DNA of 64,000 bases from assembly GCA_034780895.1 (NCBI GenBank), contig JAUZTB010000070.1, positions 10,929,573 to 10,993,572 on the forward strand, read 5' to 3'. Both the position numbers and the translations under genes were made by a program. Positions 53,811 through 64,000 of the stretch are shown piece by piece (positions within the stretch are counted from its first letter, which is position 1; each line of letters opens with the position of its first letter). Below the pieces are notes generated by a model that was not told the origin of the DNA, ran no database searches, and saw nothing but the letters and a program-made list of their open reading frames with translations. This stretch comes from Rhynchobatus australiae (taxonomy: Eukaryota).

Positions 53811-56800
53811 TTGATCTATCTGCTTTTAGAGATGCCAGGCCTATCTCCTCATTTTCTTCTCCCCCTATTTATCATTTCCAGTGCTTCATTCTACCTCCTC
53901 AGTGTGAACATCTGTATCACTCTCCTTCCTTTAAGCCAGATGTGAAATTCCTTCATGCACTTTCTTGGCATCCACACACAACCATTTTTTTTTGCCTCGC
54001 GTAGAACCTACACTTTGATTAAACTATTTCCTATTGAGTATTTGTAAATAATCTTAGGAGTTTTCTCTATCTGTCAATATTTTGCCATAATGCCTCTTTG
54101 CCTTTCTAATTTAATTTTTAATTTGCCCTTTATCTTCTGTACTCTAGATTTTTGGCAATGTTGAACTCTTGGTGTTTGTCACAAATTTAGCCAATCTATA
54201 TATTTCTCAATATCCAAGGGGATCTAGATTTTCATTTCTTTTTCTCCCTTTTTCTTTCATTGTTGGAAACATATTTAGTCTGAATGCTCACTATCTCCTC
54301 TTTATAAAAGGCTTCCTATTGCTTGGACACTGATTTGCCATTGGTAAATCTTTTGCTTGGCCTTTTAGCATCCGAATCAAGTTTGTTTGTATTGCCCTTC
54401 ACAGTTGACACGTCTGTCAACACTCATTGTTCATGAAGAGAGGCCACTAGGACAAGTTTCTGAAAGGCCATGGGTGCAGGAATAAAAAAAATGTCTATCC
54501 CAAGAGTTAACTGCTTCAGGAGGACTATGGAGGAAATTTAAAAAAAACACACAGCTCTGGAAGATATTTAGGTACAAGGGCATTCCTTGAAGGATAAATT
54601 ACAGTCAATAAACTACTCGAGTGACTTTGGCACTTGGGAATCCAGTTTAAGAATTGTTGTGTTTATATATTCAAAGTACATCAGCACTGAAACAGCAGGC
54701 ATTGAGATTTCATGGGTTTACCAGGAGTCATTATGTAATTGCAAACTCAATGACTTTATAAACAGTAATTACTGAGTGTCCTTTGCATGACAAATGGCAG
54801 CAAACAGCCTCTATAATCTTGTTCTTCAGACACACATGGTCTCAGTAGAATTTCAGCAAAACACTTCTAATGCAAGATGCATTACCAATTAAATGTAGAA
54901 AATGAATTACAATGGTTTTCTTAATAATTCCAATACTGGTTAATGTGATTGCTCTATGTTAAATGCATTTTGGTCTAGATATACATTCACATGGTAACTT
55001 CATTTTTTTAATTTAAAGAAATGAGACACTGCAGACTTGCCCTACTAGCTTTTGGAGATACTAACACCAGCCATAAATCTTCATGCAGCTGCTATTGTTA
55101 TGCCCCCTAACTTCACCGAAGATGAAAATTAATCCCCATTTACACATTTAAATTGGGTTCCTAATGCACTTCTGGTAAAGTTACAGCAGTGAGAATGAGC
55201 ACCACTGAGGAAATGCATAAGAAATGTCACATAGGCGAAGGCGGTTGTCTTTTTTTCAGTCACGATTTTTATCTCCCAATTGCTCTGCTCCTGCTTTGAG
55301 TAGTCAGCAATGGGACTGAAATTTGTTTCCATTGATTTACCAAATCATTCAACAGGTCTCCATGGAAAGATCCTAGATTGTCTCAGAGTCCAGATGAATA
55401 AATCTGTCCATATTGTGAAGCATTGTCTTCTAATACATAGAGAAGGTTGGATTGAATCCATTGCAATTTTACAATAAAATAATTTTGAATTATAATTACT
55501 ATAAAGTGGACCTGCATTTGGACTCAAGCTCCCTTTTACAATAAGTCAGCTCCCTGCAAAAAAATTTAGTCAGCTATTGTGCTTGGCCAAACCTGCTCTG
55601 TCTGATTTCCAGCTGGAGGCAGTGCTTTACACTATACCAGTCTTCAACATTTTGCATGAATATAAAGCTCAGATTAACTTTTAATGTTCTTGAGAAAAAT
55701 ATGCTTAAGGCTTCTGTTTGTATGGAGATTCTTCCAGCATCTCCCTCTCATTCTGGGATAGGATGCAACAAAACGCAACAACTGACCTTGTTTTCACCTT
55801 CAGCCATCATCTTCTATCAGCAACATCTCTCTTGACTATAACTGCTTCCTTTTTTCTTCTTAATTCTCCAAACTGTAAATAGTGACAGTGATCTGAAATT
55901 CATTGTATCCATCATGATGTTTTGGAGAGAAGAAACAGGAAATATCATGGTTAGAAGAGAGGACCCAAGTCAGGGAATCTTAGAAACTATTTCAGAAGAT
56001 TGGTAGAGAGGAGGGTTCTAGGGAGAGAACTGTAGTTACCATGGCTCAGATAGTTGAAGGTTATGGTCTGATGGTGGGAGTGAATTGTACAGGAAATCCA
56101 AAGCAGACTTCAGAGATCTTGGGCTGAAACATCAGATTGGTGATGGTAGTAAAAGAGGAGGTTGGGATGAGGATAAAGGTTTTAAAGCGCCCCTTTGAAA
56201 GATGAGGAATCATTGAAGGTGACTGAAGATCAAGGTAAAGGCTACGAGGNNNNNNNNNNNNNNNNNNNNNNNNNNNNNNNNNNNNNNNNNNNNNNNNNNN
56301 NNNNNNNNNNNNNNNNNNNNNNNNNNNNNNNNNNNNNNNNNNNNNNNNNTAGGCTCCTCTTGGGCTTATTTGGTCACTATTTAAAAATAAGGGGTTGCTC
56401 GTTTACAATAAAGTTGTAGGTTTAGAAAAAATCTCTGAGAAGGTCATGAATCTTTGGAACTTTCTTCCTCAAAGATTAAAGGAGCAGGGTTTTCAATAAG
56501 AGTTTATCAAAGAAGTAATACTTTCTGTTGACAAAATACATGTGTACGTAGCAGCTTGTGTTGCTTTTTTGCTGTATGTTCTGCTGTGGTCCAACTTTTC
56601 CCTGTATTAATTTTCAGCTTTTATGACCATGGCCATCATACTACTACATACATTCTGGAGCGTGTTATTCTTCGATGGATTTGAGAATAAGCGATGGTGG
56701 GCTGTAGTGGCAGTTATTTCAACACATTTGCTAGTGTCAGGACTGGTAAGGTTTCTACCCTTGGATCTGTTTTAGCTATAATACATGGAAATGCATAAAA

Positions 56801-56819
56801 TGTAAAGAATTGAAATATG

Positions 56820-58140
56820 CCAATTCATTGTTTATGCTTCACTTGAATCTCCTCCCATCTCTCCTCATCATAACCCTCTAATTTTTCTCCCTCATTGTTA
56901 TCTAGGCTATCCTTAAATAAATCTCTACTACTTGCTTCAGCCTCTTCCTGTGGTATCAGGTTCTATACTCTCATTTCCCTCTGGATACCCTATTGGTTTA
57001 TCAGTAACTGTTTTGTATTTATGGCCTCTGAAGTTGCCCACCGCACAAGCTGAAACCCACTAACTACTCTTGTAAAGATTTTCATAGTGTTAAAGATCTC
57101 TTTTAAGTTTTTTCCTTCTCTCTTCAGGAGAGATCAAGCTTGTTCACCTTTTTCCTAATAGGTATAACTTTCTAGGCTGGTATTTTGCTTGTAAATATTT
57201 TCTGCATTCTCCCTATATTTTTATACTATGGTCATCAGAAATGCACAAAGTATTAAATTTGTTGTTTGCCCAACATTTAACACTGGCTTAGCCTGACTTC
57301 TTTCTTTAGTTGTATCTCTCAAATGAATAGTAGTGCTTGATTAATGTCCATGTTAACCTACAATACTACTTAATTTTTTAATGTATATATGCATGCTTAC
57401 CTCATATTTTTATTTCCATGTGACATGTAATCTTACTTCTCTTACCAAAATGTAATGCACTGCATTGCAAGTAATTTGCCAATTATAACCCATTCTGTAG
57501 GTTTCTTAATGTGTGTGTTGTAATTTATTGTAGCCCATTTCTCTATTGAATTTTCCAGTCTCACCCCAACACACCCCTTTCCCTCCTGCCACCACTACCC
57601 ATCCACCTGAATTGGTTTTATGTACATTGGTTTACATTTTATGTAATTGGTTTAGCAATGGTGTATTTGATACCAAAGTTTCGGTCATTAAATTGAGAAC
57701 AACAGTAGTCTGAGCACAGATTCTTGCAGGAGCTCATGTTGATCTTTTACTCTTATTTTCTGTTTTAATTTTGGAAGTAGACACGACTATATGTTCTGCC
57801 ACTTGACCCCTGACTCCAAGTGCTTTGACCTTGTAAAATACCTATTGGAAATTTAGGTAATTTACATGCACTAAATTACCCTTGTCCACTGTCTGATACT
57901 GCTTCAAGGAATTCAAAGTTGAGCAAGCAGGATTTTTTCCTTTTGAAAAATAGTGATTATTCATTATTTTTGGTTTCTAAATGTTTTCTATTTTCTCCTT
58001 CAACAGGGATTAAATTATTTTTCTCTCTAACCTGTGTTAGAACTGACTAATATAGTTTCTTGGACAAAATCTGACAACCTCTACTTATGTGAGCTATCTG
58101 TCTGTCCTCTAATACAGTACTTGTTTTTGACACATTTATA
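56820..58140 (-). mobile_element. Old, highly degenerate CR1 LINE
   Basis: Complement of CR1 tail and RT features (cctgtggtatcaggttc, tttaccaaaatgtaat, ctgagcacagattcttgcagg). Confidence 0.45.
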
Positions 58141-58259
58141 TAATTTCAACTATTTGTAATTAATCTGGTGGATTATCCTCAAATTTATTAATTTATTTAA
58201 TGTTTATCACTTATTTTAAATACTACTTAGGTATTCCTATTGTATATGAAGTTTTAGGA

Positions 58260-58555
58260 TCTCTTTCTTTCTTTTTCAATCTTTTTTATTGGTTTCAAAT
58301 CAATACAAATGGTATATGGCATCAAAGTTTGTACATATCTTACAAAGAGATCTAGTTATCACTCAAATCTTAGATAACCATACAATAAAATATAGAAAAA
58401 GCAAAGTCCAACAATCTCTTAGTTAATAAAGAGAGTATAAAAGAAAGGAAAGAAAAAAGGTTTATTATATACATTAAAAAAAAAGAGAAAACCCCAAATC
58501 AAAATATAATAAAAAATTATAAACTAAGCAAACAAAAATTTAAAAAAAAACAAAT
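58260..58555 (-). mobile_element. Probable L1/Tx1-type 3' UTR with poly(A) signal
   Basis: The minus strand is T-rich and ends AATAAAAAAGATTGAAAAAGAAAGAAAG. Confidence 0.4.
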
Positions 58556-59199
58556 AGACTTCTGTCTTTGATTTGTCACTTCCTCTACACCACACAACAG
58601 TTCTTCATTTACATGTTTCAGTCAGTAAGAATGGCCCGGTTGTAGCTTTGACCCACAGCACGAAACTCTCACAAGATGGCCTCTGCATCAACAAAACTTT
58701 TGAATGCTTTCCAAAGGTGCAATGTCAACTCTAATACGTCACCTCGCCCATCATTCTTCAGAAAAAATAAACAATGCCGTTCAACTTGCTTAATGGAGAA
58801 TATTGGTGAAACAATCAATTATGGGAAGTATTGCAACCAAGGCCAATCTTGTCTTTAATTGACATTCAGATACACATTTTTATTAGGTGCCACTGGATGT
58901 TGCAGGAGTTTAAATCATCAATGATTTTTCTGTCCTTAATTGAGTGAAGCTGAGTCAACTGTAACATATGTTATTTGTAAAAACTGTTGCTTTGGTGAAC
59001 TACCAAATAGCTGCCACAATCTTCAGAAATGTACTGCTCTGCATTTCAAGTAAGGTGGGCAAGAAATTTCTGGAGTTGTCATGGAGAATATGGGTGGAGT
59101 ACATCAGCTGGAGATATAACATGTTCCAGGTCTTCACTGAGGGTGGCCTTGGTGTATTACTCTTTCCTGACTTGTCACAACTGATTGTACCATACAGTG

Positions 59200-60330
59200 C
59201 ATCTTCTGCTATCATTTGGCTTCATTCTTGCTTCCCTAGTCATTGATGGAACAGCCCTGACACTTCCAGGGGTCTCTGTTTGCCTCCCTCTTCCTCTTCT
59301 ACATTCTGCGACTTGGCACCAGAATCTGCAAATGTGAGGTCGGCTCTGACCTATGCTGATAGTTCTGATCTTCCCCCTCCACTGCCTCTATGCTGGATGG
59401 CCATGTCTTGAATATGCCCTGGCTTTCTCCAGGTAAATAATCAAAAGACTGCTGCCATTGTTTCTGGTGCTCACCCAACCACAGGCTTTTGTCACTTCAG
59501 ATACAATTATTCAAATGCTCTCCTGGTCAGGCTGCAAATATTCAATTTCCACAAACGTTATCTCATCTGATTCTTGTTTGCTTGTCATCCCATCTTCAGC
59601 TGAGTTCCTTGTTTAAATTGTTCCATGATCTCACTCTGAACTTTCCATTCTTCTGACTCGAGGCTCTCTTGAACCCCCTGTTTCCTCCTGACTATTGGAG
59701 GCACTGCCCCAGCCCTCTCTGGTATCCCATTTTTTTAAACCTCTCTGGGACTGTGCCTCTTTCTAAGGACCTGCTTTAAAATTCCTTTGTCAAGTTTTTA
59801 GTTGCTTTTCCTTTTTCATCTTGGGCAGTCCCTCAGGATGAGGATGACTTCACCTCCTGTTGTGTGGATTCCCAGCTGACTGGTAAGGTCAATGTGGGAA
59901 TCACACAGATTATTCCACAGATGGGTCTGATGTCTGACAGGGCAGGCAGATGGGTAATTTGAGGTGATTTGCTCTGTCTGTCACTTGTGCAGGGTTCTGT
60001 CTGCATCCAATGCATGGATGAACTTCTTGATACCATTCCAAATGTTCTTCTCCATTTTGAGCTGTCATGGGTCAGAACTTATGCAGAACCAGTGGCCATG
60101 TTGCATGTCTTCAAGGAGGCTTTGACTACGTTCTTGAAGCTCTTACTCTGCCTGGTAATCCCTAGGCATGACAGAGCCTGGATTGTGTTGTCTTTTTTTG
60201 GGAGGCTGGTGTTGGTAATGCAAACAATGTGGTCTGTCCAATGGAGCTGACTAATCTCTCATTAGTTTGCCATCCACTTTTCTCATAGCATCCCAAAGAA
60301 TTCAAAGTTATGTAAATGCATATTGTTGTG
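59200..60330 (+). mobile_element. L2 3' portion (+) interrupted by an RTE 3' end (-, ~59830-60250)
   Basis: L2-like tattcaaatgctctcctggtcaggct...cctgctttaaaa. The RTE complement runs gggcagtccctcaggatgaggatgactt...ttcaaggaggctttg. The L2 tail resumes with gtaaatgcatattgttgt at ~60312. Confidence 0.55.
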
Positions 60331-60439
60331 TCATGTAGTCTGTAAACATTACAGTGTGATTTTTGGTATTACTGCAGAACATGCATAAACTCCATTTCCA
60401 TTAGTAAATGTATCCTAAATGCAGTATATAAATTACAAA

Positions 60440-60900
60440 AAAGAACTTATATTTATTTAGCACCATGTCATGGTATCCCAAGATAGCTCAAAGTGCTCCA
60501 GNNNNNNNNNNNNNNNNNNNNNNNNNNNNNNNNNNNNNNNNNNNNNNNNNNNNNNNNNNNNNNNNNNNNNNNNNNNNNNNNNNNNNNNNNNNNNNNNNNN
60601 NCATGGTATCCCAAGATAGCTCAAAGTGCTCCACATGCAATTACTCCTGAAATGCATTTGTTCTTATTATGTAGATGAGTTTTCACCCACCATAGCCCCT
60701 GAACTGTAGACAGACACTTATTTGCTCTTCACACACTGCCTGTTATATCCTTGTATTGTGCCAGTAGCATTTTAACATCTCATCTGAAGGACAATTTCTC
60801 TAACCCTCAGTTACCATATTGATGTGTCAGGCCAGATTAACTGCTTCAGTTCTAGATTTCACGATGTAATGACTGGAGGGTATTACCACTGAGCAAATCT
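60440..60900 (-). mobile_element. Deu-type SINE remnant
   Basis: aaagaacttatatttatttagcacc tail, ttttaacatctcatctgaaggaca core, taccactgagc head. Confidence 0.5.
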
Positions 60901-60914
60901 GTCACTTGGACAAA

Positions 60915-61190
60915 CAAAAACAAAATCAAAATACTGCAGATGCTGAAAATATGAAATGGAGCAGATAACAGTGGAAATGCTCAGTGGGGCTGGTAGGATC
61001 TGTGGAGAGAGGAACAGTTAACATTTCAGATCAATGAACTTCATAACCAGAAGCAAAACATTAGAAAATGTAAAAGAAGAAGGGATGGAAAATGGTGAGG
61101 GCAGCAGAGTTAAATGACAGATGATTGAGCTAGGTGAAGGAGGGTGGGGTTTAGAGTTTGGTGAATATTAGGGGGTGGGTCTGGAGGAGA
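60915..61190 (-). mobile_element. Penelope-like terminal repeat fragment
   Basis: aaaatactgcagatgctgaaaatatgaaa...gctcagtggggctggtaggatctgtggagagaggaacagttaacatttcag. Confidence 0.55.
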
Positions 61191-61889
61191 GTTGAGTAGA
61201 ATGAACATGGGAGATTACCAGCAGAAAAGAAAACCATGAATGTTGTTTTTCTTTTACAGCCACTTGTTAGTTTCATGGTTACCAATGTGATCCTGGTTTT
61301 TATTTGTTTGCTCTGGTTGAGTTTGGTTCTCCAGTTGCTATGATGGGAAAGAACTCCATCTGGATATCTGCATGTTGGTCCAATGACTTGACCTTCTGTT
61401 ACTGAATCACATGAAGGCATATCTTGCCATATGTCCTCATTCCTAATGATAGTGTTTTGTTTTCTCAAAGGCTATTCAGTTGTCCTCCAAGGCTGAGCCT
61501 GTGCAAATGTCTCAACCTTCCTCCCCCTGTGACATCAATTTACTTGCAGTGCTTCAAATAAGTGCAGCTAGATTCTTGGAGACCAAGATTCATCTGTAAC
61601 TCCTTGCTACACATGACCACAGTACAGTTACTCACAAACCCACTGGCAAGTGTGAAAGGTTTCAGAAGAGCAAAGACTGGAGTGGAGGCAGACAATGTTA
61701 CAGAGGTGGATCCAGGCAGCCTTGTGGTAAAAACCAAGCACAGCTTTAGATTTACGGAAGCCCCATCAGAAATCCAGTGGTGGGAATTGCATGAAAGTTC
61801 AGCCTTGATCTTATTGAAAGGCAAGGCAGGTGCAAGGTGTTGTGGCCCACTCCTCCTCCTAGTTCTAATGTGAGATACAAAGACTGGTA

Positions 61890-62300
61890 ATGCCGATTGT
61901 CCAAAGTTGTTGAACTCATTGCTAAGTCCAGAAGGCTATAATGTAACTATTTGGAAGATAAAATGCTGTTCCTTAAACTTGCATTCCCATAGTGTGGCAG
62001 AATAATGGCAGTGAGGTCAGAGTGGTGGGCTGGAAAATTACAATAAGAGGCAACTGAGGTGGGCAGGAGGTGTATGTGATAGTCACCTTAAAGTTCTGAA
62101 TAGGGTACTGAAAAGCAGTCACCCAATCTGCATGGTTTCCCCGATGTAGAAGAGACCATGTGGTAAGTAGTAAAGTTGGAAGAACTACAAGTAAGTTGTT
62201 GCTCCACCTGGAGAGAGTTTGGGCTCCTGGTTGGTGGAAAGGGAGGAGGTAAAAGGGCAGGTGTGCCAATTCCTGTGGTGCTGTGGGAAGGGATGTGGGT
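61890..62300 (-). mobile_element. Penelope-like element GIY-YIG endonuclease region, pseudogenised
   Basis: Minus-strand remnants across frameshifts: TCPFTSS, QVEQQLTCSSSN, GLFYIGETMQIG, KFKEQHFIF, LQPSGLSNEFNNF. Confidence 0.75.
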
Positions 62301-64000
62301 ATTTCTGAAGATGGGAGAGTGCTTAGAAAAACAGTTAATTCAAGTACATGAACTCTTTAAAAAGCACTTAGCATTGATTTAGTGGTTCTTACACAAAAAC
62401 AATGGTTTTGCCTAGAAATTGGATTGTTTTTCAATGCTATGTGATCCAAAATTGAGTTAATTCAGGTTAGTGATCAATTCTGGGTGAAATCAAGTCAATC
62501 TTGAAATTGAACCATGTACTTCCATTCAGGATCAATGCTACTACATCCAACACACATTAACTTCCATCAGTTGTCATACCACTCATGTTTGAAGCCTCAA
62601 TGGACCCCTGCTCAAGAGGAGGAAGATCCTCTCTAACCTAGTGAAGCACTGAGCCCAAGAAAATCCCCTTCTAGCTGAGTGGCCTCTTTCCTATCCCTAA
62701 TCAGTTCCTCCTCAACAGAGGATGAAGGCAAATATTTGTACATTTATAGACACTATCTGGTTGGGGGGATGCTGTTGGGAAATGTAGGCAGAGGGTGCAG
62801 GAATGGGTGGGTATGTGATGGGGGGGTGGGTAGGAGGTGTGTGTGATTGCCATCAAATACCTATTGATGTCACGAACTGGAGTTGAAGCATATCATACTC
62901 TATCAAAGAACCACCTAGGAAGAAGATGTTATGTTTCCCTGCCATTGCTCCACCTTTTGTGGGTTCTCTCTCCAGGCAATTCAGCACTAACAGACCAGTG
63001 AGATCCAAGGTTCTACCTCTGATCTGTGGTGAGCCAGTGTATCTCAAGTGACTGTCAGGGAGGATAATGCTGGTCTCCAATTGGGTTTCCTCCTTGAGTC
63101 GGGGAAAATTCCCATTATTTACAGTCCCTGTTATAAAATGTTTGGGATGTAGAGGATGGGTTTTGCTGATTTCCCTGTGGAAAAACAGGTGACAAACTTG
63201 ATGTTGAGGTATGGAGAATAGACACTTTGGCGAGGGCAGTAAGTGGCTGTGTGACTGTGACATGGAGGGGAGAGAAAGTACACTGGAATGGATTATTCAT
63301 GTGCTCCACTAAGATCAAGGTAAACAATGAATTAAATAAATTATGTGTGCTGCGGTAGTTTTAGAATTAGTCATGAATATTAAGCAATTTCATATAAATA
63401 GCAAATTGCTATAATCCTGTGGGCTGTAAAAAGAAAATAGTTTATTTGACACCAAGATCAGTATCCTGCTCAAGGCTGTCAAAGGCTCCATCTAAACTAA
63501 CCTTAGTAATGCACACTGACAACAGCGGAGAATGGCAATTCCTTTCAATATAAAGTGAAATACATTGGACAAGGTATTCGGTTGAACCATTTGTATTTCA
63601 ATCGTTCACAGTAAGCTGTGTTGAATTTGTCTTGTAGTGTGATAACTGCAGGCATTCACTTGTATTATATGCCTCAAATCATAGATATACTTTTATTTTA
63701 AAAAGTCAAATTAGTAGGATGTTGAGTAGTTGAATGTGGGAGTTCAATCTAAATATTTGACTCCCAATTAGTGAAGAAACCTTTTGAATTCCTGCCTCCA
63801 GCTTAATCCTGATTGTTGCCCTCTGATATACCTCATTCTACTGATGAGGTTGTGAAGAGTGTCAATTGCCAGAGCTTTTCAACTGATGGTTGTGATTAGC
63901 TGCATTTTGATTAGTAAATAAAAGTCAGTAATAGACCCTGATGGGCACGTGATCTCAATACTAGCTTTCACAGAATATGTATAATTAAACCTACCATGTA

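Noticed and set aside
46640-57835. Recurrent TGACCTTG nuclear-receptor half-sites (about 46656, 48901, 49490, 55783, 57826)
   Set aside because: Short, widely spaced motif; enrichment over chance cannot be shown without computation.
61151-61873. ORFs of 94-105 aa with nearby AG acceptors, considered as exons of a neighbouring gene such as WDR18
   Set aside because: No recognisable protein similarity. The 61.65-61.87 kb part resembles L2 and CR1-tail fragments.

Overview
Eukaryotic genomic DNA from a vertebrate; the repeat families point to a cartilaginous fish (inference). It is a gapped draft assembly. The only gene I can support is the 5' half of an NMDA receptor GluN3 subunit gene, best read as grin3b, on the minus strand. 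Coding exon 1 runs 39442 to 39019 with its 3' end lost in an N-gap. Exon 2 is 17197-16599 and exon 3 is 5676-4629. The visible splice sites are GT-AG and phase-compatible; later exons are not visible. A coherent candidate promoter and a spliced non-coding leader exon with uORFs lie at about 40.1-40.35 kb. The remainder is intronic or intergenic and dominated by decayed transposable elements: CR1, L2, RTE, Rex1/Babar, Penelope-like elements, V-domain and Deu-domain SINEs, and a probable PIF/Harbinger relic. The most notable observations are: a Penelope-derived palindromic family carrying decayed minimal hammerhead-ribozyme motifs; a 5'-inverted RTE with twin-priming geometry; a locally templated ~60 bp insertion; and an L2 tail occupying the branch-point zone of exon 3. 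I found no clearly novel gene system. Repeat family names come from recognising motifs by eye, and repeat boundaries are approximate.
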